Positions 19,330 to 29,136 of a DNA stretch of 38,296 nucleotides are shown one piece after another. Positions within the stretch are counted from its first letter, which is position 1. The number at the start of each line of letters is the position of its first letter. The notes beneath the pieces are model-generated. The model did no database searches. It saw only the letters and a list, made by a program, of their open reading frames with translations, and was not told the DNA's origin. Source of the DNA: Arcobacteraceae bacterium (GTDB taxonomy: Bacteria > Campylobacterota > Campylobacteria > Campylobacterales > Arcobacteraceae); assembly GCA_049670825.1 (NCBI GenBank), contig JBATTX010000380.1, positions 1-38,296 on the forward strand. The letters are read 5' to 3'. The position numbers and the translations under genes are program-made.

Positions 19330-21165
19330 CTAACTAATCATATTTAATTTAAAATGGTAACTAACAAATTTTTTAAATTTATTAACAATTTTTAAACTAT
19401 CTTTTAATGAATCTCTTTCTAATATAGAAAGTTTCGATGGATTAATATAATTATCAAGATTAGTATGATTATCAATTTTTTCTAATCTAAATTTTAGTCG
19501 CAATGTTAATAAAAAGTTAAAAGACTCCACTAATTCATTTTTAAACTCTTCATCCAAAACACCCTTGTAATGAAGTTCTTTTAACCTATCAAATGTACTT
19601 GTTTCATTGAGGTAATTTTTGATCGCTAAACTTCTTACTCCATGAACAATAGGAAAGATTCCACCTTTTTTTAAATCCAATTCATCTTTATGTAAATTTT
19701 TATCAACAACAAAATCACTAAACAATCCCAATGGTGTTTCAAAAGAGAGTGTAGCTTTTGCAAAAAAAGGATAAAAAGTATTCGTATTTTTACATAAATG
19801 AAACATATACTCTTTTATATCAGCCAAAAGTTTTTCATTACCAGTAACAGAAATCGCATCATTAAAAATTGCAAGATTCATAAACCCATCTTCACTAGGT
19901 TTCGTAATCCATTCAAAAATAATATCTTTAAACTCTTTAGAAGTTTTTACCCAAAATGGATTAGATACCATAATATTTCCATCACATAAAGGATATCCAA
20001 AATCAAGAAGATGATTTGTAAAAGATTGAGTATATGTCAAAATTTCATCTCTAGTCATTGTAAAACCGTCTTTTAATATCAAAGCATTATCTTGATCTGT
20101 TCGTAAAATCTGTTCCCCTCTTCCTTCACTACCCATTATTATAAGTGAAGAATTTTCTTGTAACTCTTGTGGTGCAGTTAATTCATAAAGTTTTTCAAAA
20201 AGCTTTTCATTTAATTGAGAAATTAATTTTGAAATATATTTTACTTTTATACCTTTTTCATAAAGAGTTCGAATAGTTCGTATAAATTTTCCACTAGCTT
20301 CTTTTAACTCATCTATTGAAACAGCATTATCAATCAAACTGCTTGTGGAGTGAGTATGTGAAGCAAAAAAACTATTTAATGATACAATATCTAAAGTTCC
20401 AAGTATTGTCTCATCTTTTAAAACCAATAATCTTTTTAAACTTTTTTTTGACATCATTAATTGCGCATTAAATAAAAAATCTGTTGCACTTATAGACACT
20501 AAACCATATGTAGTAATAGATGAAATAGGACTATCTAAATCGATTCTATTATAAATTGCTTTTTTTACAAAATCAGTATCTGTAACAATCCCTATCTCAC
20601 CATCTGCTCGTTTTACTAATAGTGATTGCACTTTATTATCGATTAACTGTTTAACAGTATTATGAATTGATTCATTTTCGTCTACATATATAGGTTTTTG
20701 TAAATAAGCATCTTCTACTTTGGCTACAGCAAAACTCAAAAGTTCTTTATTTTTTTCATTTTGAATACTATTGTTTAGTTTTTCAGATATTGTTGAAAAG
20801 AAATAACTTTCAACCTCTTCATTTTGGTACATATACTTTAAAAAAATATCTTTTGGTAACATATAACATATTGACTCTTGTACTGTCGTATATGTGTGTT
20901 TAATTTCATTTCTTATTAGTATAAGTGGATTAAAAAAATCATTCTCAGCGTATACTGAAATAACCTCTTCATCATTTTTCTCTTGAACTACACCTTTAAT
21001 AATAAAATATAAAAAATTCACCTCTTGTGTAGGTGTTAATATTTCAATATCATTTTTAAAATATACTATATCTAAATGACTACATAACTCTTCTAACTCT
21101 TTGTTTTCTAAATGATTAAATGGTTTAATACTACTAATAAAACTTTTTATTTCTAAAAGACTCAT
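19330..21165 (-). CDS. cNMP-binding / CBS-pair / DUF294 putative nucleotidyltransferase (copy 1)
   Basis: N-terminal cNMP-like domain (LYFIIKGVV), CBS motif GIVTDTD, NTase motif GSEGRGEQILRTDQDNAL, C-terminal DLKKGGIFPIVHGVR. Confidence 0.9.
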   Translation of the reverse strand: MSLLEIKSFISSIKPFNHLENKELEELCSHLDIVYFKNDIEILTPTQEVNFLYFIIKGVVQEKNDEEVISVYAENDFFNPLILIRNEIKHTYTTVQESICYMLPKDIFLKYMYQNEEVESYFFSTISEKLNNSIQNEKNKELLSFAVAKVEDAYLQKPIYVDENESIHNTVKQLIDNKVQSLLVKRADGEIGIVTDTDFVKKAIYNRIDLDSPISSITTYGLVSISATDFLFNAQLMMSKKSLKRLLVLKDETILGTLDIVSLNSFFASHTHSTSSLIDNAVSIDELKEASGKFIRTIRTLYEKGIKVKYISKLISQLNEKLFEKLYELTAPQELQENSSLIIMGSEGRGEQILRTDQDNALILKDGFTMTRDEILTYTQSFTNHLLDFGYPLCDGNIMVSNPFWVKTSKEFKDIIFEWITKPSEDGFMNLAIFNDAISVTGNEKLLADIKEYMFHLCKNTNTFYPFFAKATLSFETPLGLFSDFVVDKNLHKDELDLKKGGIFPIVHGVRSLAIKNYLNETSTFDRLKELHYKGVLDEEFKNELVESFNFLLTLRLKFRLEKIDNHTNLDNYINPSKLSILERDSLKDSLKIVNKFKKFVSYHFKLNMIS

Positions 21166-21189
21166 AAATATCCCTTGTGTTTCAATATA

Positions 21190-21219
21190 AAAAAAGCCCC
21201 TATTACTAGGGGCTTTTTT
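21190..21219 (-). terminator. Rho-independent terminator after actP
   Basis: AAAAAAGCCCCTA-TTAC-TAGGGGCTTTTTT hairpin with T tracts in both directions. Confidence 0.8.
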
Positions 21220-21250
21220 CTAGATTGTAAATCTGTTCAGATAAAATATC

Positions 21251-22906
21251 CTAGTGACTTACAGCACCATCAGCTCCGAAACCTGTTTCAGAACGTACAC
21301 TTTGTGCTTCAAAAGCTTCAATTTCTCTTTTAGCTCTTTCAGAGTTATCAGTGATAGAGAAGAACCAAATACCAACAAACGCTGTTACTACTGAGAATAA
21401 CGCTGGGTAAGAGTAAGGGAAAATTGGTTCAGCATTATGTAATACACCAACCCAAACAACTGGTCCGATGATAACTAAAATAATAGCTGTAATAAGACCC
21501 ATCATACCACCAATAAATGCACCTCTTGTTGTCAATTTAGACCAGTAAATTGATAAGAAAAGAATTGGGAAGTTAGCAGAAGCTGCAATAGCAAATGCAA
21601 GACCAACCATAAATGCAATATTTTGTTTTTCAAAAGCGATACCAAGAATAACACCTACGATACCAATTACAATAACTGATATTTTAGAAACTTTCATCTC
21701 TTTTTTCTCATCAGCTTTACCATCACAAATAACTTGTCCGTAAATATCATGAGATATCGCCGAAGCACCTGCAAGTGTAAGACCAGAAACAACCGCTAAA
21801 ATTGTAGCAAACGCAACCGCTGAAATAAATCCTAAGAATATATCTCCACCAACAACTTTAGACAAGTGAATAGCAGCCATATTTCCACCACCAAACAGTT
21901 TTCCATCAACGAAGAACTCTGGAGCATTTTCTGGAGTTAAGTAAACAATAGCACCTAAACCAATAACAGCAATTACTAAGTAGAAGTAACCAATAAACCC
22001 TGTTGCATAAACAACTGATTTTCTAGCTTCTTTAGCATTACCAACAGTAAAGAATCTCATAAGTACGTGTGGTAAACCAGCAGTACCAAGCATTAATGCT
22101 AAACCTAATGAGATAGCAGAAACAGGATCTTTAATTTTACCTTTATCTGATGGAGCCATAATATCTTGTCCCCATGAGTGAGTATCAACAGCTTTTTGCG
22201 CTAATGCTTCAAAAGAAAAACCAAAGTTTTGAAGAATCATGAATGCCATAAATGTAACACCTGAAAGTAAAAGGATCGCTTTGATAATTTGTACCCATGT
22301 AGTTGCAAGCATACCACCAAAAGTAACATAAATAATCATCATAACACCAACTAAGATTACAGCATATTCATATGGAAGACCAAATAATACTTGGATTAGT
22401 TTACCAGATCCAACCATTTGAGCAATTAAATATAAAGCAACAACTGAAATAGAACCAAATGCGGCAAGAGTTCTAATCTCTTTTTGAGCAAGTCTATAAG
22501 CAGCAATATCTGCGAATGTAAATTTACCTAAGTTTCTTAATTTTTCAGCCATTAAGAATAAAATTACTGGCCAACCAACTAAAAATCCAACAGCATATAC
22601 AAGACCATCATACCCTTGTAAATAAACAAGACCAGAAAGACCAAGGAAAGATGCAGCAGACATATAATCTCCAGCAATCGCCATACCATTTTGGAATCCT
22701 GTAATTCCACCACCAGCTGTATAAAAATCACTTGCTGTTTTTGTTTTTGAAGCTGCCCAATAAGTAATACCTAATGTAGCACCAACAAAAATGAAAAACA
22801 TTACAATTGCAGGGATATTTAAGTCTCTTTGCGCCGCATCAAATGTAGCATCACCGCCAGCAAAAGCCGCAACAGTTGCTAATCCTAATATCGATAATAA
22901 TCTCAT
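21251..22906 (-). CDS. actP: Cation/acetate symporter (SSS family)
   Basis: [29 protein letters not shown] and [15 protein letters not shown]; downstream of a DUF485 gene. Confidence 0.92.
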   Translation of the reverse strand: MRLLSILGLATVAAFAGGDATFDAAQRDLNIPAIVMFFIFVGATLGITYWAASKTKTASDFYTAGGGITGFQNGMAIAGDYMSAASFLGLSGLVYLQGYDGLVYAVGFLVGWPVILFLMAEKLRNLGKFTFADIAAYRLAQKEIRTLAAFGSISVVALYLIAQMVGSGKLIQVLFGLPYEYAVILVGVMMIIYVTFGGMLATTWVQIIKAILLLSGVTFMAFMILQNFGFSFEALAQKAVDTHSWGQDIMAPSDKGKIKDPVSAISLGLALMLGTAGLPHVLMRFFTVGNAKEARKSVVYATGFIGYFYLVIAVIGLGAIVYLTPENAPEFFVDGKLFGGGNMAAIHLSKVVGGDIFLGFISAVAFATILAVVSGLTLAGASAISHDIYGQVICDGKADEKKEMKVSKISVIVIGIVGVILGIAFEKQNIAFMVGLAFAIAASANFPILFLSIYWSKLTTRGAFIGGMMGLITAIILVIIGPVVWVGVLHNAEPIFPYSYPALFSVVTAFVGIWFFSITDNSERAKREIEAFEAQSVRSETGFGADGAVSH

Positions 22907-23220
22907 AGATCATCCTTTACATCTTCTCTAATTGCATCTGTTAAATCTTCAAATTCACCATTTGCTCTTGTAACATAAATAAGAGTAGTAATAAAACTAA
23001 CAATTATAATTCCTGCTGCAACTGGGAATGCCCAAGTCATAACACCTGCCTCACTTAATTTTACACCTAATAATTCTTTGTTAAAAGCGATTACTAAAAT
23101 ATAACTATAAAAAATAGCCAATACGAATATAGCTAGTTTTACTGCAAAACCAGTTCTTTTTGAAACAAGTTCAATATACTTCGGGTTAGCCTGAATTTTT
23201 TTTACTAATGTTTTATCCAC
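22903..23220 (-). CDS. DUF485 (YjcH-like) small membrane protein, ActP partner
   Basis: Two TM segments, YVTRANGEF motif; GTG at 23220 with AGGAG RBS; ATGA overlap with actP. Confidence 0.88.
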   Translation of the reverse strand: MDKTLVKKIQANPKYIELVSKRTGFAVKLAIFVLAIFYSYILVIAFNKELLGVKLSEAGVMTWAFPVAAGIIIVSFITTLIYVTRANGEFEDLTDAIREDVKDDL

Positions 23221-23710
23221 GATTTCTCCTTTTTTTTTATTCATTCAAATTGTATGAGTTATAAGTAGCATTATCGTAGCATTATGATACTTTACCATTT
23301 TTATCAATTAATAAAAACTGCTTTGTAACTTTATGATACATTATAATTTTTATTTATAATATATTGACGAACAAATCATGATAAATCATAATTTTTTTTT
23401 ATGTTTAGAAACTTTTTTTAACTTACAAATTCCTTATTAAAGCCTTAAATATAGGGAATAAAAAAATGTTTCGTAAAAAATGTTTATTGAATTGTGAGTA
23501 ATTATATTGTGTAATAAATTGTAACACATAGTAAATAATATCATAAGTTCTATAGTCTACTTAGTTTAATAATTACAAAAGAAGTAGCACATAAATCCCA
23601 TTTTATTTAAATTTCGTTAGAATTGATATGTTTTTTAAAATTCTAATATTAGTTATGTATGAGTTTATATGCAAATATGTAAGATATTATATCTAGCCAA
23701 AGGATGTTTT

Positions 23711-25543
23711 ATGAGTATATCGGAACAAAAGGGATTTATAGGTGCTATTACACCATTTAATAGGTTAGACGATAAAAGTTTAGAGGAGCTTTGTGAATCT
23801 CTTGATATAGGTTATTTAAAAAAAGATGAAATGATACTAAAAAGTGGAGACCAACCAGAGTGTCTCTATTTTATAATAAAAGGTATTGTTCAAGAGATAC
23901 GAGATGAAGAGACAGTATCAGTATATGAACACCAACAATTTTTCGATCCTATGTCATTAATAGAGAACAAGAGTAAACATGATTTTGTTGTTATTGAAGA
24001 GGTGCTTTGTTATATACTCCCAAGAGAACTCTTTTTAAATATAATGTATAAAAATGAAGCACTTGAAAGCTTCTTCTTTCAATCAATTTCAAAAAAACTC
24101 AACAGTGCTATGGAACATGAAACAAATAAAGAACTTGTAAACTTTATGATTGCAAAAGTTAAAGATGCTTATTTGCAAAAGCCAATCATTCTAGATGAAA
24201 ATACAACAATATTTGATGCAGTAGATACACTAAAAAATCACAAAGGCTCATCTCTATTAGTAAAAGGGAATAATGAGTTAGGTATTGTCACTGATACAGA
24301 CTTTAGAGAAAAAATTGTTTTAAATCGTATGAGTTTTGATGAGCCAATCTCTAAATTAGCGACATTTGGTATCAAAACAGTAGATGCAAATGATTTTTTA
24401 TTTAATGCACAAATTAAAATGAATAAATATGGTATAAAAAGATTAATTGTTTTTGAAGAAAATGAAATAGTAGGTGTGCTTGATCTTATTTCACTTACAA
24501 GTTTTTTCGCTTCACATACATATTCTGTAATGATGGAAGTTGAGAACACTACTACTATTGAAGAGTTAAAAGCTGCTAGTGAAAAATTTATAAATGTTAT
24601 ACGAACATTTTATGCAAAAGGTGTAAAAGTAAGATATATATCAAAAGTAATTTCACAACTAAATGATAAACTTTTTGCAAAATTATTTCAACTTTTAGCT
24701 TCAAAAGAGCTCCAAGAACAATCTGCACTAATAATTATGGGAAGTGAAGGAAGAGGAGAACAAATACTACGAACAGATCAAGACAATGCTCTAATCATAG
24801 CAGATAATTGTACAGTCTCAGCAGACGAGATTGAAGAGTTTGCAACGAAATTTACAACACATCTTGTTGATATGGGATATCCAAGATGTGATGGGAACAT
24901 CATGATCTCCAATCCTTTTTGGAGAAAAACTTCAAAAGAGTTTGAGAAAACACTTTGTCATTGGATTGAATCTACAAGAGAAGAGAGTCTTATCAATTTA
25001 GCGATTTTTTATGATGCATTATGTGTTGCAGGTGATAAATACCTACTTATAAGACTTAAAGAACATTTATCAAAAACAGCTAGTGCATCAAAAGTGTTTT
25101 TTACATTTTTTGCAAAGCCCGTTCTTAATTTTGCTACTCCTCTTGGTATGTTTGCTAAATTTATTGTAGATAAAAAAGAACATAAAAATGAACTTGATAT
25201 CAAAAAAGGTGGTATTTTTACAATTGTGCATGGAGTCAGAGCACTTGCTTTAGAAAAGTCAATCAATAAAACGAATACAGTTGATAGAATAAAAGATTTG
25301 AATGATATAAATGTTATTGATAGAGAGTTTGCAGGTGAACTTATTGAGAGTTTTACTTTTCTTTTATCTTTACGATTAAAATCTGGGCTAACAAAAATTG
25401 ATTCTCTTCAAAAACCAGATAACTATATTAATCCAAATAAGCTGAATATTTTAGAAAAAGATCTATTAAAAGATAGTTTTAAAATTGTTGACAAATTCAA
25501 AAAATTTCTTTCTTTTCATTTTGCGCTTGATAGGTTAAACTAA
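23711..25543 (+). CDS. cNMP-binding / CBS-pair / DUF294 putative nucleotidyltransferase (copy 2)
   Basis: Same architecture as copy 1 with the identical GSEGRGEQILRTDQDNAL motif; start placed at the ATG at 23711 after AAGGA. Confidence 0.9.
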   Translation: MSISEQKGFIGAITPFNRLDDKSLEELCESLDIGYLKKDEMILKSGDQPECLYFIIKGIVQEIRDEETVSVYEHQQFFDPMSLIENKSKHDFVVIEEVLCYILPRELFLNIMYKNEALESFFFQSISKKLNSAMEHETNKELVNFMIAKVKDAYLQKPIILDENTTIFDAVDTLKNHKGSSLLVKGNNELGIVTDTDFREKIVLNRMSFDEPISKLATFGIKTVDANDFLFNAQIKMNKYGIKRLIVFEENEIVGVLDLISLTSFFASHTYSVMMEVENTTTIEELKAASEKFINVIRTFYAKGVKVRYISKVISQLNDKLFAKLFQLLASKELQEQSALIIMGSEGRGEQILRTDQDNALIIADNCTVSADEIEEFATKFTTHLVDMGYPRCDGNIMISNPFWRKTSKEFEKTLCHWIESTREESLINLAIFYDALCVAGDKYLLIRLKEHLSKTASASKVFFTFFAKPVLNFATPLGMFAKFIVDKKEHKNELDIKKGGIFTIVHGVRALALEKSINKTNTVDRIKDLNDINVIDREFAGELIESFTFLLSLRLKSGLTKIDSLQKPDNYINPNKLNILEKDLLKDSFKIVDKFKKFLSFHFALDRLN

Positions 25544-25544
25544 A

Positions 25545-26174
25545 ATGATAAACTATATTAAACAATATTTTAATAAAAAAAAATTAACTGACCCAAAATA
25601 CGAATACCTTTTTGATAAATATGAAGGTGATGAGTTAGTTTGTTTTGATTGTGAGACAACAGGACTTAATCCAAAACTTGATGATATTATCTCAATAGGA
25701 GCAGTTACAATTAAAGGAGATAAGATTGATCTACACAATAAGTTTGAAAGATTTGTGAAACCTAAAAATGCAGCTATGATATCTGATGCAATTAAAATAC
25801 ATCATATCAGAGAAGTTGACTTAATACATGCAGAAGATATAGATGATGTAATAGAAGAGTTTTTAGATTTTGTGGGGAATCGTCCATTAGTTGGTTATTA
25901 TCTATCATTTGATATTGCTATGGTAAATAAATATATCAAACCTAAAATTGGAATTACACTTCCAAATAAAGCAAATGAAGTTTCTTCAATCTATTATGAC
26001 AAAGTATCAAAATATCACAGTGTTGATATTGATTTAAAATTTAAAACTATTATGAATAATCTTAATCTTCCATTTATGAAAGCACATGATGCCACTAATG
26101 ATGCAATAATGACTGCATTAATTTATATTAAATTAAACAATATAAACACCATAAATATAAAAAAACACTACTAA
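25545..26174 (+). CDS. Stand-alone DEDDh 3'-5' exonuclease-family protein (copy 2)
   Basis: FDCETTG, GYYLSFD, HDATND motifs; starts 1 nt after the NTase stop. Confidence 0.9.
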   Translation: MINYIKQYFNKKKLTDPKYEYLFDKYEGDELVCFDCETTGLNPKLDDIISIGAVTIKGDKIDLHNKFERFVKPKNAAMISDAIKIHHIREVDLIHAEDIDDVIEEFLDFVGNRPLVGYYLSFDIAMVNKYIKPKIGITLPNKANEVSSIYYDKVSKYHSVDIDLKFKTIMNNLNLPFMKAHDATNDAIMTALIYIKLNNINTINIKKHY

Positions 26175-26384
26175 TTTTCCTTTTTCACCTCTAAGTATTC
26201 TTTAATAATTCATTTATTATCAGCCAATATGTAACAAAAAGTAATATAATTATAGCTTATTTCAGTGAAGTGTTACAAAAATTCAATCTTATTACCACTT
26301 TATTCATAATGCTATTAAAATGCTACATTTTCGGCCTATAATTTTTTTATACCAAGGTATGAATATTAATAAAGGAGTTTTCTC

Positions 26385-26636
26385 ATGACAAAAGAAGAAT
26401 ATTGGAGTACCAATATCAAACTTATTATTAAAACGTTAATAATATGGTTTGTTGTTTCGTATTTATGTGGAATTATATTAGTTGATGTATTAAATACAAT
26501 ACAACTCGGAGGATATAAATTAGGTTTTTGGTTTGCACAACAAGGGGCAATATATGTATTTGTGATTTTAATTTTTTGGTACTCTGCCAAAATTAATAAA
26601 CTAGATGAAGAATATAACAAAGTTAGAAAGGACTAA
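26385..26636 (+). CDS. DUF4212 small membrane protein (SSS small subunit)
   Basis: YW...IWFVVS and LGFWFAQQGAI motifs; RBS AAAGGAG; TATAAT at 26337-26342. Confidence 0.9.
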   Translation: MTKEEYWSTNIKLIIKTLIIWFVVSYLCGIILVDVLNTIQLGGYKLGFWFAQQGAIYVFVILIFWYSAKINKLDEEYNKVRKD

Positions 26637-26639
26637 TAA

Positions 26640-28418
26640 ATGGAATTACAAGAACTAACGATAACCTTTGTTGGATTAACATTTTTACTATATATGGGAA
26701 TTGCTTATGTAACAAGAGCAAAATCTTCTGCAGAATTTTACGTTGCTGGTGGTGGAATAGGACCAATCGGTAATGGTATGGCTACAGCAGCTGACTGGAT
26801 GAGTGCTGCGTCATTTATCTCTATGGCTGGACTTATCTCTTTTTACGGTTATGGTGGATCTGTATTCTTATTAGGATGGACTGGTGGTTTTGTACTACTT
26901 GCTACTATGTTAGCGCCATACTTAAGAAAACATGGTACTCATACTGTTCCTCAATTTATCGGGGATAGATATCTTTCTCAAAAAGCTAGATTAATTGGTG
27001 TTGCTTGTTTAATTATCGCTTCTATTACATATATTATTGGACAAATGAAGGGTGTGGGGGTTGCTTTCTCAAGATTCTTAGAAGTTGATTATAACACTGG
27101 TTTATCAATCGGTATTGCTATTGTAACTTTCTACGCTGTTGTTGGTGGTATGAAAGGTATTACATATACACAAATGGCACAATATGTAGTAATGATTTTT
27201 GCATATACAATTCCTGCAATCTTTATCTCTTTAGAGTTAACAGGTAACCCTATTCCTCAATTAGGACTTGGTGGTACTTTTACTGGAACAGAAACTTTTC
27301 TTTTAGATAAGTTAGATCAACTACAAGTGGAACTAGGCTTTGCTGCGTATACCACCCAGGAACGTCTAAGTGGATTTAATATGTTTGTATATACTGTATC
27401 TCTTATGATAGGAACTGCTGGTTTACCACACGTTATTATGAGATTCTTTACAGTTAAAACTGTTAAAGGTGCTAGAGCATCTGCTGGATGGGCTTTAGTG
27501 TTTATTTCAATTCTTTATACTACTGCACCTGCATTGGCTGCAATGGCAAAATTGAACTTAATGAATACAATTGAAAATCCAACAAATGTTGCTGTTCCTG
27601 ATTATAAAGATATCTCTGATAATCTTATATATGATGAGAGACCTGTATGGTTTAAAAAGTGGGAAGATACAGGATTACTTAAATTCGAAGATAAAAATGG
27701 CGATGGTAGAATCCAATACTCAGCTGATAAAACTAAAAGTGAGATGGTAAAAATAGATAGAGATATTATGGTTCTTGCGAACCCTGAAATTGCTCAACTT
27801 CCAAACTGGGTTATTGCTCTTGTTGCAGCCGGTGGACTTGCAGCAGCATTATCAACAGCAGCTGGATTATTATTAGCTATTTCAGCATCTATTTCAAAAG
27901 ATTTATTTAAAGAAATTTTAAGACCAGATATGACTGATAAACAAGAATTACAAACAGGTAGAATTGCTATGCTTGGAGCAGTAGCAGTTGGTGGATACTT
28001 CGGTTTCTTCCCTCCAGATTTTGCTGCAGGTACAGTTGCACTAGCGTTTGGTCTAGCAGCATCTTCTATCTTCCCAGCACTTATGATGGGGATTTTCTCT
28101 AAGAAAGTTGGATCAACAGCTGCAATTGCAGGTATGTTATCTGGTATGGGTATTACATTGTTATATGTATTCCAACACAAAGGTATCATGTTTATAAAAT
28201 CTACAGCATTCTTAGGTGATATGGATCCTAACTGGTTCTTAGGAATTGAGCCTAATGCATTTGGTGCAATTGGTGCAATCGTTAACTTTACAGTTGCAAT
28301 TATTGTTTCAAATATGGTTAAAACAAGTGACGAAGACGCAGCTAAAATGGCGGCTATCGTTGAAAATATGAGAAGCCCAGAAAGACCAGGTGAGTCTTTA
28401 GCAGACACTTCTCACTAA
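26640..28418 (+). CDS. Sodium:solute symporter, VC_2705 subfamily (acetate-permease-like)
   Basis: FYVAGGG...[45 protein letters not shown] loop, DIMVLANPEIA. Confidence 0.92.
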   Translation: MELQELTITFVGLTFLLYMGIAYVTRAKSSAEFYVAGGGIGPIGNGMATAADWMSAASFISMAGLISFYGYGGSVFLLGWTGGFVLLATMLAPYLRKHGTHTVPQFIGDRYLSQKARLIGVACLIIASITYIIGQMKGVGVAFSRFLEVDYNTGLSIGIAIVTFYAVVGGMKGITYTQMAQYVVMIFAYTIPAIFISLELTGNPIPQLGLGGTFTGTETFLLDKLDQLQVELGFAAYTTQERLSGFNMFVYTVSLMIGTAGLPHVIMRFFTVKTVKGARASAGWALVFISILYTTAPALAAMAKLNLMNTIENPTNVAVPDYKDISDNLIYDERPVWFKKWEDTGLLKFEDKNGDGRIQYSADKTKSEMVKIDRDIMVLANPEIAQLPNWVIALVAAGGLAAALSTAAGLLLAISASISKDLFKEILRPDMTDKQELQTGRIAMLGAVAVGGYFGFFPPDFAAGTVALAFGLAASSIFPALMMGIFSKKVGSTAAIAGMLSGMGITLLYVFQHKGIMFIKSTAFLGDMDPNWFLGIEPNAFGAIGAIVNFTVAIIVSNMVKTSDEDAAKMAAIVENMRSPERPGESLADTSH

Positions 28419-28427
28419 TAAAAAGGT

Positions 28428-28494
28428 TACTTCTTCGGAAGTACTCTCTTTGGAACTTTAAAAAGGCTATTTCTTCGGAAATAGCCTTTTTTTT
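28428..28494 (+). terminator. Tandem C(UUCG)G hairpins; the second is a Rho-independent terminator
   Basis: TACTTC-TTCG-GAAGTA at 28428-28443 and AAAAAGGCTATTTC-TTCG-GAAATAGCCTTTTTTTT at 28460-28494. Confidence 0.8.
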
Positions 28495-28548
28495 AAACTT
28501 ATTTAGATAGTATGAGATACAAAATTTACCATATAAAGAAGGATTGAT

Positions 28549-29082
28549 ATGTTTCAAATGTTTAAGAATAAACATGTACTAGTTGCATTAGTTGTAGCGC
28601 CTATTTTAGCTATATTAGCTTGGTTTGCTACAGGAATGTTAGTGGATGAAGAAGGACACACTATGAAAGATGGTGGTCTCTATACTTTGAACGTAAAATC
28701 AAATTGTAGATGGGAAAGTGGAAAATGTTCTTTAAAAAATGAGGATATTGAGATAGATATAACAGGTAAATATACAAGTTATACACTTGAACTTCAAATG
28801 AAGTCATCAGTTCCTCTAAGTGAAATTAAAATAGCTTATGATAAAAATGACAAACCACAACCTATGCTATATGATAAAAAAACAAAACTCTGGACAGGAG
28901 TACTTGATTTAAAACACAAAGCTCAGTTTATCAATGCAGTTTTTATTATAAACAGTACTGTTTTCTATGCTCAGTTTCCAACTACATTTTTAAATCCTAA
29001 AGATAGAGTATTTGAATTTGAAAAAGAATATGAAAAAGAGAAACAATTAAAAGAATTAAAGCAGTTAGAAGAATCAAAATAA
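28549..29082 (+). CDS. Hypothetical membrane-anchored periplasmic protein
   Basis: RBS AAGGA; one N-terminal TM segment; KSNCRWESGKC Cys pair. Confidence 0.8.
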   Translation: MFQMFKNKHVLVALVVAPILAILAWFATGMLVDEEGHTMKDGGLYTLNVKSNCRWESGKCSLKNEDIEIDITGKYTSYTLELQMKSSVPLSEIKIAYDKNDKPQPMLYDKKTKLWTGVLDLKHKAQFINAVFIINSTVFYAQFPTTFLNPKDRVFEFEKEYEKEKQLKELKQLEESK

Positions 29083-29109
29083 CTACTTTCAATCAATGAA
29101 AGTAGTTAT
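29079..29109. terminator. Hairpin between convergent genes
   Basis: ATAACTACTTTCA-ATCAA-TGAAAGTAGTTAT, a 13-bp inverted repeat. Confidence 0.55.
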
Positions 29110-29136
29110 ACTAATACGAAGTATTAGAGACTGTTA

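Noticed and set aside
18723..26174. NTase plus nuclease pairs as a CBASS or toxin-antitoxin defence system, or as dnaQ
   Set aside because: The cNMP-CBS-DUF294 architecture and transporter context do not match CD-NTase or MNT-HEPN systems, and the nucleases lack the DnaQ C-terminal tail.
27794..28408. 204-aa antisense ORF (also 36005-36508, 24238-24549, 25009-25266, 35506-35817, 8593-8895 and other short overlapping ORFs)
   Set aside because: These are shadows of well-supported genes, with no independent motifs.
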